Position numbers and translations under genes: made by a program
The notes under the pieces: model-generated
Seen by the model: the letters and a program-made list of their open reading frames with translations, nothing else
Database searches by the model: none
Told to the model about the DNA's origin: nothing
Shown here: one piece after another, positions 11,309 to 21,178 of the stretch
Position numbering within the stretch: position 1 is the first letter of the stretch
Layout of the letters: every line of letters starts with the position of its first letter
Source of the DNA: Verrucomicrobiia bacterium
GTDB taxonomy: Bacteria; Verrucomicrobiota; Verrucomicrobiia; Limisphaerales; UBA1319
Length of the DNA: 64,000 nucleotides
Direction of reading: 5' to 3'
Assembly (NCBI GenBank): GCA_963664225.1
Contig: OY760937.1
Span: forward strand, 3,712,001 to 3,776,000

Positions 11309-11442
11309 TCCGTTTTTGGCTCCCGCAGTTCAAACAACGGGGAGCCTCAATACGCGTGTTGTTTTGAAGGGGTGTTTCGCTCAGGCGCCAGCCGCCTTTC
11401 AGGCGGAACGCCCTTCTTTGTTGAATACGGAGATATTTTTTG

Positions 11443-12198
11443 ATGAAAGCTGTAATTCTGGCGGCGGGCAAAGGCACCCGAATGCGCGAGTTGACCGGGG
11501 AGCTTCCCAAGCCGATGCTCAAGGTCTGGGGCAAACCGATTCTTGAACATATCCTTACCGGTCTGGCCAGTGCCGGGATCAAGGACGTCTTCATCGTTAC
11601 CGGCTACCGCGCGGACGTTGTCGAGAATTACTTCGGGACCGGCGCGAACTGGGGGTTGCGAATTGCCTATGGTCGGCAGGTGGTTCAGGACGGCACTGGC
11701 AAGGCTCCCGAATTGGCCCGCGAATTCATTGGCAAAGACGATTTTCTGCTGACCTACGGCGACATTCTCGTCAAGCCCGACACTTACAAGCAGATGGTCG
11801 TCCGGTTTGGGGAAGGGGACTTTTCGGGATTGATTACGGTCACACCGGGTGAAGATGTGACCAAAGGCGGGATCGTTTTGTTCGACAAACAATTTCACCT
11901 GGACCGACTGGTGGAGAAACCGTCTCCGGAGCAACTGGATTCCTTGCGGCAGGAAGGGCTGTTAGCCCCCGGCCAGACGGTTTGGTACAATGCCGGTGTG
12001 TATATCTTTAAAGCGCTGGTTTACGAATATACGGCGCGTCTCCAGAAATCCCCGCGTGGTGAATATGAGCTAACCGATGCGATCATTGCCATGCGCCGGG
12101 ATAAACACTGCCTTGCGGGACTTCAAATTCTCGGACGTTGGGTGGATGTCCGTGATCCGGAGGTGTTGAGCGCCCTTGAGAAGAGCGCCGGATTGTAA
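11443..12198 (+). CDS. Sugar-phosphate nucleotidyltransferase (NTP_transferase family)
   Basis: ILAAGKGTRM..LPKPM, YGD, VEKP, SPRGEYELTD. Confidence 0.88.
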   Translation: MKAVILAAGKGTRMRELTGELPKPMLKVWGKPILEHILTGLASAGIKDVFIVTGYRADVVENYFGTGANWGLRIAYGRQVVQDGTGKAPELAREFIGKDDFLLTYGDILVKPDTYKQMVVRFGEGDFSGLITVTPGEDVTKGGIVLFDKQFHLDRLVEKPSPEQLDSLRQEGLLAPGQTVWYNAGVYIFKALVYEYTARLQKSPRGEYELTDAIIAMRRDKHCLAGLQILGRWVDVRDPEVLSALEKSAGL

Positions 12199-12311
12199 AA
12201 GAATACGGGCGGAAGAAAATCCGCCCGCTGTCAAACGGTTTGAACTTCAGACTTCCAGGCTGATGAAGACCTGCGTCCGCAGCAGCCCGTGAAGTATTGA
12301 TGCGCCGAAGT

Positions 12312-12665
12312 TCAGGCGGCCAGGTCCATAAACAGAGGACTCTTCTCCCGGATGCGCGCTTGGATTCCCGCCTTAAATCTGGCGGTTGCAACCTTTTCCT
12401 CAGCGAGCACGGGCAGCACCAGCAATGGAAAGGAAGTCATCCAAGCCAGGGTGGCGGCTTCAGAGACGGCTTGCCGCAGCGGCTCATGCGATGCATTAAG
12501 GGGCGCTTCCGCAAGCAGCTTTTCCAACACCCGGTCTTTGAGCGATTCCAAATGCCGCTCCATTTCGCCGCGCGATGGCACGGAGGGAACTGTGACTTCG
12601 AAGCGGGTTTCCTCTTCGAAACGAGCTGGCAACCTGTATTCGGTGGCGTTCATAAATTGATTCAT
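12312..12665 (-). CDS. Small hypothetical protein downstream of a putative attenuator
   Basis: Helical ORF of about 117 aa. The start must lie downstream of the terminator hairpin (ATG 12665 or 12653). Confidence 0.6.
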   Translation of the reverse strand: MNQFMNATEYRLPARFEEETRFEVTVPSVPSRGEMERHLESLKDRVLEKLLAEAPLNASHEPLRQAVSEAATLAWMTSFPLLVLPVLAEEKVATARFKAGIQARIREKSPLFMDLAA

Positions 12666-12721
12666 TCTAATACTTCTGTGGCCGGTCTTTTTTCCTTCCG
12701 GCGCCTTTCTTTGTTCAAAAC

Positions 12722-12759
12722 GAAAAACCCGCAATTGCACTGGCAACTGCGGGTTTTTC
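12722..12759 (-). terminator. Intrinsic terminator of a putative attenuator
   Basis: Minus strand GAAAAACCCGCAGTTGC-cagt-GCAATTGCGGGTTTTTC, then GTTTT. Confidence 0.8.
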
Positions 12760-12782
12760 AAAATTAATTGATCTTCGATTAC

Positions 12783-12893
12783 CTAACAACTCCCCCCGCA
12801 GTTTGATGGGAGCCAAATACGACGACCCGCACACATGACGCGCTGCGCGCCGCCGTGTCGGACGATCGATTTGGTTGTCAGTTTATGTGACAT
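12783..12893 (-). CDS. Putative 36-aa leader peptide MSHKLTTKSIVRHGGAQRVMCAGRRIWLPSNCGGSC (below ORF-track cutoff)
   Basis: ATG 12893 to TAG 12783, preceded by purine-rich AGAAAG. Its 3' part (AACTGCGGG) is complementary to the terminator 5' arm (CCCGCAGTT). Confidence 0.6.
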   Translation of the reverse strand: MSHKLTTKSIVRHGGAQRVMCAGRRIWLPSNCGGSC

Positions 12894-13041
12894 ATTATTA
12901 ACCGTTTCTTTCTATAAAGACGCCATAAGAAACCCTATTGGCCGTCATTTGTCAAATCGATTCGCAAAATTTGTTGCATTCATGGGGTCATTGCCGTTCA
13001 GGACGGTTGACAGCGGGGCCTGGTTCGGCGTCGATAGAGAG

Positions 13042-13788
13042 GTGACAGATGCGCTGCTGAACATCCTATTCGAAGACGCCGATTTGCTGGTGGTCAACAA
13101 ACCGGCAGATTTGGTGTGTCATCCTTCCAAGACCGGCCCGCTGTCGAGCTTGATTGGACGGCTGCGGCTTTATCTGGGCGAAGGCGCCGCGCCCCACCTG
13201 ATCAACCGCCTGGACCGTGAGACCAGCGGCGTGGTGGTGGTGGCGAAGAATCTCGATGCTGCGCGTGAAATGCGCCGCACCTGGGAAAAGCGTGAGGTGC
13301 GCAAGGTCTATTGGGCTGTCGTGCATGGCTGGCCTGAGAAAGCGGAAGGCGTGATCGTGGCCCCGATTGGCGATGACGAACTGAGCGTGGTGGTCATCAA
13401 AGGCCGGGTGTGTGAGAATGGGGCACCGTGTGAGACCGCGTATCGGGAATTGCGGCGCTGGACACGTTTTGAAAAGCCTTTTGCATTGTTGGAGGTGCTG
13501 CCATCGACGGGGCGCAAGCACCAGATTCGCATTCATCTGAGCCACATTGGCCATCCCATTGTGGGGGATAAGCTCTATGGAGGCGATGAGCGCCTTTACC
13601 TGGATTTTGTGCACAACCGGCTGAATGATGCGCAGCGCCAGATTCTCATGTTGGCAAACCAGGCTCTGCATGCGCGCGAGGTGCAATTGATCTTTCGTGG
13701 CATGGAGTGGCGATTCAAGGCGGAACCCGAGACGGAATTTGCCAGTTTCTGCGCGCCGCCGGTGGAATCCCTTTTGCCTCACTCTTGA
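13042..13788 (+). CDS. RluA family pseudouridine synthase
   Basis: VVNKPA, NRLDRETSG (catalytic Asp), TGRKHQIR, HPIVGDKLYG, QALHA. Confidence 0.9.
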   Translation: MTDALLNILFEDADLLVVNKPADLVCHPSKTGPLSSLIGRLRLYLGEGAAPHLINRLDRETSGVVVVAKNLDAAREMRRTWEKREVRKVYWAVVHGWPEKAEGVIVAPIGDDELSVVVIKGRVCENGAPCETAYRELRRWTRFEKPFALLEVLPSTGRKHQIRIHLSHIGHPIVGDKLYGGDERLYLDFVHNRLNDAQRQILMLANQALHAREVQLIFRGMEWRFKAEPETEFASFCAPPVESLLPHS

Positions 13789-13868
13789 TTGAAATCCGGT
13801 TTTGTGTATGGTGAATAGACGTGAATCGCTTTGAACAAAAAGGCGCCAAACGTATCGAATAGAAGATT

Positions 13869-14567
13869 ATGACATTGGGAATGATGATTTGGGGCAGTTA
13901 TTGGTGGCTGATGATTCCAGGGTTGTTGCTGGGCATTTACGCGCAGATGAAGCTCTCATCCACTTATGCGCGCTTCAGGCAGGTGCCCTCCCAGAGGGGG
14001 ATCACGGGCGCGCAGACCGCCCGTTATATCCTGGATCAAAACGGGCTACAGGATGTTCCTGTGGGCGAAGTTCCGGGAGAGTTGTCCGACCATTACGATC
14101 CGACGAAGAAAGCCTTGTTTTTGTCCAGCGATATCTATCATGGCACTTCCCTGGCAGCGATGGGTGTGGCCGCGCATGAAACAGGCCACGCTCTTCAACA
14201 CAAAGTGTCGTATGCGTTCCTGAGCCTGCGCTCGGCGCTTGTGCCGGTGACCAATTTTGCCTCGACGGCGGCCTTCTGGATTTTCTTCCTGGGCATGTTC
14301 ATGAATTACGCCAAGTTTGCGATGCTGGCGGTGGTTATTTTCGGAATCATCACACTGTTTCAAGTGGTCACACTGCCGGTGGAATTTGACGCCAGCAGTC
14401 GCGCAAAGGCGCAATTGCAGGCTCTTGGTTTGGTCTCCCCTGAGGAAAGCGCCGGAGTCAGCAAGGTGCTCAGCGCCGCCGCCATGACCTATGTGGCTGC
14501 CATGGTTTCTTCGGCCATGACCCTGCTGCAATTTGTTTTGATGGCCCGCGGCAGCGACCGGGACTGA
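13869..14567 (+). CDS. Membrane zinc metallopeptidase (YugP / Zn_peptidase_2 family)
   Basis: LSDHYDP, AAHETGHA (HExxH), LPVEFDAS, AAAMTYVAA. Confidence 0.9.
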   Translation: MTLGMMIWGSYWWLMIPGLLLGIYAQMKLSSTYARFRQVPSQRGITGAQTARYILDQNGLQDVPVGEVPGELSDHYDPTKKALFLSSDIYHGTSLAAMGVAAHETGHALQHKVSYAFLSLRSALVPVTNFASTAAFWIFFLGMFMNYAKFAMLAVVIFGIITLFQVVTLPVEFDASSRAKAQLQALGLVSPEESAGVSKVLSAAAMTYVAAMVSSAMTLLQFVLMARGSDRD

Positions 14568-14713
14568 TTCTGGCCCTTATTCACGTTTCATTGAGCCGGT
14601 GGTTCTCCACGCGTTCTTTCTTTTTGTGGAGATTTTTCCGATAAAATGCTTGTCGAGCCATTGCATTTTGGCGGTCCCGGTTTATTTTAAAACAGCCGCA
14701 GTTTCGCGGTATT

Positions 14714-15586
14714 ATGAATACGGCAGGAATAAGGGAAAATCCGTCTGCGCTGACCGAACGCCAGCGCGGTGCCTTAATCAGTCTCCTCGCTGATGAAGAT
14801 CCCCTGGTTTATCAGGACATTCGCGAAACCCTGATTTCTTATGGTTCCCAGGTGGTGGATTGGCTCAAGCCCTATACCCGGGATTGCGATCCGATGCTGC
14901 GTCGGCGAGCCTGTGAGATCAGCCTCCATCTGGGACGTCAGAAAGCGGATACCCATTTCCTGGCCTTTTGTCTGAGTCGCGGCGAAGACCTTGATTTGGA
15001 GTATGGCACCTGGCTTCTAGCTCAAACCCAATATCCTGAAATCAACGTCAGCGCCTATCAGGCAATACTGGACGGCTATGTCATTGAATTGAGGGAACGC
15101 CTCACTGGCTGCTATGGGCCGGAAAAGATACTGGCCATCACCAACCAATTTTTATTTGCGGAATTGGGGTATGCGGGCAACGAGCAGGATTATTACGAGC
15201 CTGAAAACAGCTATTTCAACAAAGTGATCGATCGGCGCCTGGGCAATCCGATCAGCATGTGTCTGCTTTATTTGCTGGTGGGTCGGCGGCTGCGTTTTCC
15301 GCTGGTAGGCATTGGGATGCCCGGACACTTTGTCTGCCGATTTCAGACCCCCTCAGCCGAATTGTTTGTGGACGCGTTTAACCGGGGTAAAATTTTGACA
15401 AAAGCCGATTGCATCAAGTATTTGCTCCAATCTGGCCACGGTTACCTGGAGGGGTATCTGGCTCCCGTCAGTCCCCGCCGGATGCTGTTGCGCATGTGCG
15501 CCAACCTTCATCAGATCTATGTTGATATGGAGCAGTCAGAGCAAACCTCCCGCTTGCAACGCTATATTGTCGCGCTCTCCAAATAG
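14714..15586 (+). CDS. SirB1-like transglutaminase-fold protein
   Basis: GN..DYYEPENSY...VIDRRLGNPIS, GIGMPGHF, VDAFNRG. Confidence 0.85.
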   Translation: MNTAGIRENPSALTERQRGALISLLADEDPLVYQDIRETLISYGSQVVDWLKPYTRDCDPMLRRRACEISLHLGRQKADTHFLAFCLSRGEDLDLEYGTWLLAQTQYPEINVSAYQAILDGYVIELRERLTGCYGPEKILAITNQFLFAELGYAGNEQDYYEPENSYFNKVIDRRLGNPISMCLLYLLVGRRLRFPLVGIGMPGHFVCRFQTPSAELFVDAFNRGKILTKADCIKYLLQSGHGYLEGYLAPVSPRRMLLRMCANLHQIYVDMEQSEQTSRLQRYIVALSK

Positions 15587-15744
15587 TGCCCGATAACGCG
15601 GTTTTCGGCGGCATTTGATATTCGTGTAAGTCCCTTTCAATAAGTTTGTTGCGTTTTTGATTGGCGCGTCTAACCGGATTTCGGATTGAATTTCCCCGCA
15701 ATCCCTCCATCATGGCTCCTGATTTATTGAAAGTCGCGCAAGCC

Positions 15745-17595
15745 ATGAAACGCACACACCATTGCAATGAACTTCGCCCGGCGCATATCGGGCAAACGGT
15801 AACTCTATGCGGCTGGGTTCACTCCCGCCGCGATCTGGGCGGTCTTATTTTTATCGATATCCGGGACCGCGAAGGCCGTACCCAGACAGTTTTCGATCCC
15901 TCGGCCCTTGCGGCGGAACTGTTTAACAAAGCCGCCAGCTTGCGCAGCGAGAGCGTGATTCGCGTGACCGGTGTGGTGCGGCAACGTCCCGCAGGAACGA
16001 CCAATTCGAAAATCGTGACGGGGGAGGTCGAAATTGTGGCGACCGAACTGGAGATTCTGAACATGGCGGCAGTGTTGCCGTTCCCGGTCGATGACCCGGA
16101 AGTGGCTGCGAAGGTCAACGAGGAATTACGGCTGCAATATCGCTACCTGGATTTGCGAAGGCCGGAAATGATGCGCAACCTGCGTCTGCGCAGTAAATTG
16201 GCGATTGCCTTGCGTCAGTATTTCGATGACAACGGCTTCTTGGAAGTCGAGACGCCGACCCTGTTCAAATCCACCCCAGAGGGCGCGCGCGAGTTTATTG
16301 TTCCCAGTCGCACCAACCCGGGGCAGTTCTTTGCGTTGCCGCAGTCGCCGCAACAGTTTAAGCAGATTCTGATGGTTGCCGGTGTGGAGCGCTATTTCCA
16401 ACTCGCGCGTTGCTACCGTGACGAGGATTTGCGGGCAGACCGCCAGCCTGAGTTCACCCAGGTCGATCTGGAAATGTCCTTCATCGACCGCGAGGACATC
16501 TACAACCTGATGGAGGGATTGCTCAAGAAACTGTGGAAGGTGGCGCTGGATATCGACATTCCCACGCCGTTCCCGCGCGTGCCGTTTGCCGAGATCATGA
16601 ACCGCTACGGCATCGACAAGCCGGACACACGGTTTGGTATGGAGTTGGTCGATTTCACCGAGGAATTTCGCGCCAGCACTTTCAAGGTGTTCAGCGGAAC
16701 GATTGCCGCCGGCGGTGTGATCAAGGCGCTCAATGCCAAGGGCCTGGCCTGTGCCACGCAGGGGCAGATCGAGACCATGACCGAATACGCCAAGAGTTTC
16801 GGAGCCAAGGGTCTGGCCTTCATCAAGGTGGAGAAGGGCGAATGGAAATCGCCCATCGTCAAATTCTTCAGCGCGGCTGAAAAAGAGGCGCTGACCAAGA
16901 AACTGGCGATTGAGGAGGGGGACCTGATTTTGTTTGCCGCGGATCAATGGCTCAACGCCTGTGAAATTCTGGGCAAAATCCGTCTTTATTGCGCGGAGGT
17001 TCTCAAGACGTCCGGCAAGTTGACCATACCGCCGCATCAGTTCAATTTCCTGTGGGTGGTGGATTTCCCGCTGCTAAGTTTCGACAAGGAAATGAACCGC
17101 TGGTATTCGAGCCACCATCCGTTTACATCGCCTGTGGTCGAAGACATACCGCTGCTCCTGACTGACCCCAAGAAGGTGCGCGGTCAGCATTACGATGTGG
17201 TCGTCAACGGTGTGGAATTGGGCGGAGGATCGATCCGTATTCACCAGCCAGAGCTGCAGAAGACGATTTTCGAGCAGGTGCTGCAAATCCCGCCGGACGT
17301 CACGCAGGCCCGGTTCGGTTACATGCTGGAGGCCTTTAAATATGGCGCGCCGCCGCACGGTGGCATCGCGCTGGGCTTTGACCGCCTGGTGGCCATTCTC
17401 TGCGGCACTCCGAGCATTCGTGACGTGATCGCGTTCCCGAAGACCGCCAAAGGCACCTGCCTGATGACGCAGTCTCCGGCCAATGTCGATGCACGTCAGT
17501 TGCGGGATCTACACATTGAATTGAAGCTGGCCAAGAAACCGGTCGAGGTCGAAGTGAAGCCCCAGGCAACGCCTCCAGTTCCGCCGACCAAGTAA
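15745..17595 (+). CDS. aspS: Aspartate--tRNA ligase
   Basis: MKRTHHC, RRDLGG, RYLDLR, TPEGAR, LPQSPQ, RDEDLRADRQPEFTQ, GGGSIRIH, PPHGGIALG. Confidence 0.97.
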   Translation: MKRTHHCNELRPAHIGQTVTLCGWVHSRRDLGGLIFIDIRDREGRTQTVFDPSALAAELFNKAASLRSESVIRVTGVVRQRPAGTTNSKIVTGEVEIVATELEILNMAAVLPFPVDDPEVAAKVNEELRLQYRYLDLRRPEMMRNLRLRSKLAIALRQYFDDNGFLEVETPTLFKSTPEGAREFIVPSRTNPGQFFALPQSPQQFKQILMVAGVERYFQLARCYRDEDLRADRQPEFTQVDLEMSFIDREDIYNLMEGLLKKLWKVALDIDIPTPFPRVPFAEIMNRYGIDKPDTRFGMELVDFTEEFRASTFKVFSGTIAAGGVIKALNAKGLACATQGQIETMTEYAKSFGAKGLAFIKVEKGEWKSPIVKFFSAAEKEALTKKLAIEEGDLILFAADQWLNACEILGKIRLYCAEVLKTSGKLTIPPHQFNFLWVVDFPLLSFDKEMNRWYSSHHPFTSPVVEDIPLLLTDPKKVRGQHYDVVVNGVELGGGSIRIHQPELQKTIFEQVLQIPPDVTQARFGYMLEAFKYGAPPHGGIALGFDRLVAILCGTPSIRDVIAFPKTAKGTCLMTQSPANVDARQLRDLHIELKLAKKPVEVEVKPQATPPVPPTK

Positions 17596-17618
17596 GGGCT
17601 GAACGCTGTTGAAGATTC

Positions 17619-17648
17619 AAGGGTCGCAAGAAATTGCGGCCCTTTTTT
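17619..17648 (+). terminator. Intrinsic terminator after aspS
   Basis: AAGGGTCGCAA-gaaa-TTGCGGCCCTT followed by TTTT. Confidence 0.8.
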
Positions 17649-17671
17649 ATGTCCCTGTATTGATCGTTTTA

Positions 17672-17899
17672 TCAGGCCGACTTTTCACTCGTCCTGCTCC
17701 CAATCCAATCGAGCAGTAGAAACGTGCAGACGAAAAATGGGAATACGCCATAGAGAGTGTCACTGGCCGAGTGCGAGTTTCTGTCAATCGCTCGAAAGAC
17801 CGCAATGCAGAATGCCAAGGCTGACAGACAAACGAAAGTCCCATGGACCGAAACCGGCAAGTAAAACCAGCCAAAGCGTTTAAACCATTTAGTTTTCAT
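17672..17899 (-). CDS. Small two-helix membrane protein, hypothetical
   Basis: 75 aa, WFKRFGWFY N-terminus and two hydrophobic stretches. Confidence 0.6.
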   Translation of the reverse strand: MKTKWFKRFGWFYLPVSVHGTFVCLSALAFCIAVFRAIDRNSHSASDTLYGVFPFFVCTFLLLDWIGSRTSEKSA

Positions 17900-18067
17900 A
17901 AGTGTTTGAAGCAGAAAATGTTAAAATAATCACACATACGAAGGTCCTCTTTGGTAAACATATCTTTGCGATTCTGAAGTTGCAAGGGGTGGAGGCGACA
18001 TAGGCTCAGTTACGGAATAGAGGTCAATGGGGAAGGGAGCCTTAAAGCGATGAAGTAGTCGTACGCT

Positions 18068-18101
18068 AAAAAGCCGCCCTGAGTTAAACAAGGCGGCTTT
18101 T
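18068..18101. terminator. Bidirectional terminator hairpin
   Basis: AAAAGCCGCC...GGCGGCTTTT just downstream of the 18116 stop. Confidence 0.75.
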
Positions 18102-18115
18102 GAAAAATGAGGACG

Positions 18116-20203
18116 TTATTGGACGGCTTGATAGAACATCCGGGTGTCGGTTCCGAGCGGAATGGTCACCGTCACGGGACTGGTGGTCACGTTGGTGGTG
18201 AAGGCCGGAGTGAAGGTCTTGAAGTCAGGTGTGCTGCGGATGACCATGCTGTGGCCGGCGGTGCAGGTGACCTGAAATTGGATTTGGTTTTTGTTCAAAA
18301 CCTTTGCGTTCGAAATGACAGGCGCGGGCAGCGTGACGCCGCCCGTGGTGATCAGTTTGAAGTTGGTGGTGCGGCTCAACCCGCTCATGCCCGGTGACCC
18401 GCCCGGCAACAGGGCGATGTTTGTGCTGGCCAGGTGGAAGAACTGGAGTGAACCAGTATATGTAATGCCCGGTTGGAAGGTGCCTTTGGGAATGACGATG
18501 GAGGTCGCTGTGGCGTCCAGGTTGATGGGGATGCATTTATCGGGGGCGTGGAAGACCATGTTGGTGGAGTCGTTTATGGTGAGGCTGATTGCATCGAAGG
18601 CGGTGGGCGAGGGGTAGGCGTCCCATTGGAGTGTGAAATCGGCGTTGGGATCGACCGATTGCGCCGCGGTGAAATTGGCGACATGCGGCACGGTCGGTTT
18701 CCCCGAGTCGGGCAGCGGCGCTGTGGCGTTGTATGTGATTCCCGCAGAGACGGCGCTAATCTGGTAATTGCCCGGCGGATACGCGGTGTCGAATGCGGTC
18801 AGATTAGTTTGCGCTTCGTTGTAATAGGCGGAAGTACTGCCGAAGACGCTGAATACTTCGAGTGGATAGGTGGCTGCCGGAGTTGAGGGGACCACGACCG
18901 AGGCTGCGGTGAGAGTGGCAGGTCCACGAAGCGATACGCTGAAGAAGGCTCCTTCCACGGGGTCGAAAACCGGCGCGGCAACGCTGGTTTGCTGGTAATA
19001 ATACAATTTGGAAAGTGCGACTCCCACGGTTTGGTTCAGGGTGTTGGTGTCATTGCAGGGATTGTTGGTGGAACCCTGCACGGTGGTGAATTTGCCGGTG
19101 TAGGTGTTAATGGCCAGGGGGTTTCCAGCCAGGTCGCGGAAGTTGGCGCTGTTGGTAGCGGTGGGATTGAGGGTCCAGGTGATGGTCGAGCTTCCGGGCA
19201 AACCGGCGGCGTAGTAGCATGAGAGGGATTGCTTGTCCGACGACCACACATAGGTAAATCCGTCGGGGGTCAGGTTGGAGCTCCATTGAATGTTCTGGGT
19301 CTCAGCCATTGGCTCGCTAAAGCTGAAAGTAATGGGCACGAAACCGGTGAGGGCCACGGCGGTGGCATTATTGGTCGGGATGCTGTCCGTGAAGGTGGGG
19401 GGTGTGGTATCGATCGGGCCGGATCCACTTGTTTTGATGGTGAACGTGGTCTCCGAGCTGTAGCCGACACTGCTCATTGTCTCGGAACTGGTGTTCAGGC
19501 TGGTGACGGAGTAAAAGATGAGGCGCCCGGTATAGGTCTTGCCTGTGATCAAGGTGTCGGCAACCACTGTGTCTGAGGTGGCCGATCCACTGAGGTTGGC
19601 GTTCATGCCCAAACCGCTGTCATACACCACCGAAGTTCCGTCCAGAATTTGGAACTGAATGAAATCATCTGCACCACTGCCCGCAAAAGAGGACCAGCTA
19701 AAGGTGAAGTCGGAGGCCACATCCAGAGACTGGGCGGCGCCGAAATTGGATAAATGGGGCGCGGCAGGATAGGCTCCCGAAGCCAGGGCGAGAACGTTTG
19801 TGGCATCTCCGCTTAAGAATCCGCCCAGGTTGTAATGATAGCGCACGCCATAATCCCCTGTGCCGTAGGCGGCATTGAATGCGGTTGCGGAGGCTCCATA
19901 TCCGGTATAACCCATGTTGCCTCCAGAGACGTTTGCGAGTGGGTAATTACCTCCGGCGGGTGTGTTGACAGAAGCGCTGGTGACAAGGCCGGGGCTGAGG
20001 GGCTGAGCCAGCACTTGAAATATGTAGGGGTTGGATGCGGAGGCTACCACGCCGGATGCGGTTTGTGTGGAGCACTGACCTTTGTAGAGATCGACCCGGG
20101 AAAATCCGGGGACTGAGAACTGGGCTTGGGCAGCAGCAGTGCAAAGACAGAGGGCGCTGATCCACGGAACCAGGCTCCGGCCGTTCGAACGTGTTTTCTT
20201 CAT
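18116..20203 (-). CDS. Secreted Ser/Thr-rich protein with a duplicated beta-rich module and an Ig-like (Big_5-like) domain
   Basis: Signal peptide ending AAAQAQ. Two copies of PH(L/V)xNFxAAQSxDxxxDFTxxW...GxTYTGxLxF. Central DTTPP...FSEPM...DLAGNPL domain. Confidence 0.75.
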   Translation of the reverse strand: MKKTRSNGRSLVPWISALCLCTAAAQAQFSVPGFSRVDLYKGQCSTQTASGVVASASNPYIFQVLAQPLSPGLVTSASVNTPAGGNYPLANVSGGNMGYTGYGASATAFNAAYGTGDYGVRYHYNLGGFLSGDATNVLALASGAYPAAPHLSNFGAAQSLDVASDFTFSWSSFAGSGADDFIQFQILDGTSVVYDSGLGMNANLSGSATSDTVVADTLITGKTYTGRLIFYSVTSLNTSSETMSSVGYSSETTFTIKTSGSGPIDTTPPTFTDSIPTNNATAVALTGFVPITFSFSEPMAETQNIQWSSNLTPDGFTYVWSSDKQSLSCYYAAGLPGSSTITWTLNPTATNSANFRDLAGNPLAINTYTGKFTTVQGSTNNPCNDTNTLNQTVGVALSKLYYYQQTSVAAPVFDPVEGAFFSVSLRGPATLTAASVVVPSTPAATYPLEVFSVFGSTSAYYNEAQTNLTAFDTAYPPGNYQISAVSAGITYNATAPLPDSGKPTVPHVANFTAAQSVDPNADFTLQWDAYPSPTAFDAISLTINDSTNMVFHAPDKCIPINLDATATSIVIPKGTFQPGITYTGSLQFFHLASTNIALLPGGSPGMSGLSRTTNFKLITTGGVTLPAPVISNAKVLNKNQIQFQVTCTAGHSMVIRSTPDFKTFTPAFTTNVTTSPVTVTIPLGTDTRMFYQAVQ

Positions 20204-20404
20204 GCTTCTTAATCCTTGAAGTGTTTGTTTTTCGAAAAAAACCAATGGTGTTGCAGCATAAGACATGGTTTGGGGAAGGTCAATTATATATCGATAACGC
20301 GGAACGAGCGGCGATATGCAGGAGAAATCCGCATATGGCGCAGAGAACCGCAAATCAGGAACAGGAGAAAAAGGCAAATGGAACCGCGTTAAGACTAAAT
20401 ACGC

Positions 20405-20610
20405 AAATGGGCAAAGGGCGAAAAGGAAATTGACCACTGGGGCACTGAGTCACGGAGGTGGAAAGGAATTGGAAAATTGACCTGTCCAACAATGAACATC
20501 CAACAACGAACGTCGAATTGGGCTGACCTCTGGCGAAGAGGATTTCAACATGGATGGGAAGGATGGACAGGATTTTAAACCACGGATTACTCTGATTTCA
20601 CAGATGAGAA
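20405..20610. repeat. Intergenic cluster of short-period (7-9 nt) degenerate tandem repeats
   Basis: CACTGGGG/CACTGAGT/CACGGAG; AACAATG/AACATCC/AACAACG/AACGTCG; ATGGATGGG/AAGGATGGA/CAGGAT; CACGGATTA/CTCTGATTT/CACAGAT. Confidence 0.55.
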
Positions 20611-20674
20611 AATGGGGGTTTTACTGGGCTTTTTGGGAAGAAATTTGTCGTGCGCCCGGCCTTCTTGAAGAGTA

Positions 20675-21178
20675 TCAAAGGTTTTGCAACCGGTCCCTGA
20701 AAGGCTCCAGATCCGGATCGGAGAGGGCCAATTGGAGGAGTTTCTTTTTGCCCAAGAGCGATTTGGCTTTCAGCAGCCAGTCCCACGCCTCGGTTAAATG
20801 CCCAAGCTGGGTTTGATAACAGGCCAGATTGTAGGCAACCAACGGTTCTTCGGGAAACAGGTGAGAGGCCGCAAGGAGTGACTTGAGGGCATGCCGCAGT
20901 CCATCTTTGGCCGCCCGACGCAGGGCATAGGATTGGTGCAGCCAGCCTGAGGCCTGTTCGGGGGCGCCCTGAATGATTTCCCGGGATACCACCAAAGCGC
21001 CCGGCCAGTCACCCAGGTTCTCACAAATCATCCAACGCATCTCCAAAACATCGGGATGGTTTCGCGCTTCCGCAGACACTTGATCGAGTTCGTTGCGGGC
21101 TTCCGCGGGGTTTTTCAGGTCCAGCCAACCCGACGCCGCCAAAACGCAGTGTATATCCGAAGGCTCAAGCCCTTTCAT
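20675..21178 (-). CDS. Tetratricopeptide-repeat protein
   Basis: Helical TPR pattern; YNLACY...A..WL..A and ..DPDLEP C-terminal cap. Confidence 0.8.
   Translation of the reverse strand: MKGLEPSDIHCVLAASGWLDLKNPAEARNELDQVSAEARNHPDVLEMRWMICENLGDWPGALVVSREIIQGAPEQASGWLHQSYALRRAAKDGLRHALKSLLAASHLFPEEPLVAYNLACYQTQLGHLTEAWDWLLKAKSLLGKKKLLQLALSDPDLEPFRDRLQNL

Noticed and set aside
12835..13041. Long N-terminal extension of the RluA ORF in the track
   Set aside because: It overlaps the leader-peptide and divergent promoter region. Homology starts near GTG 13042.
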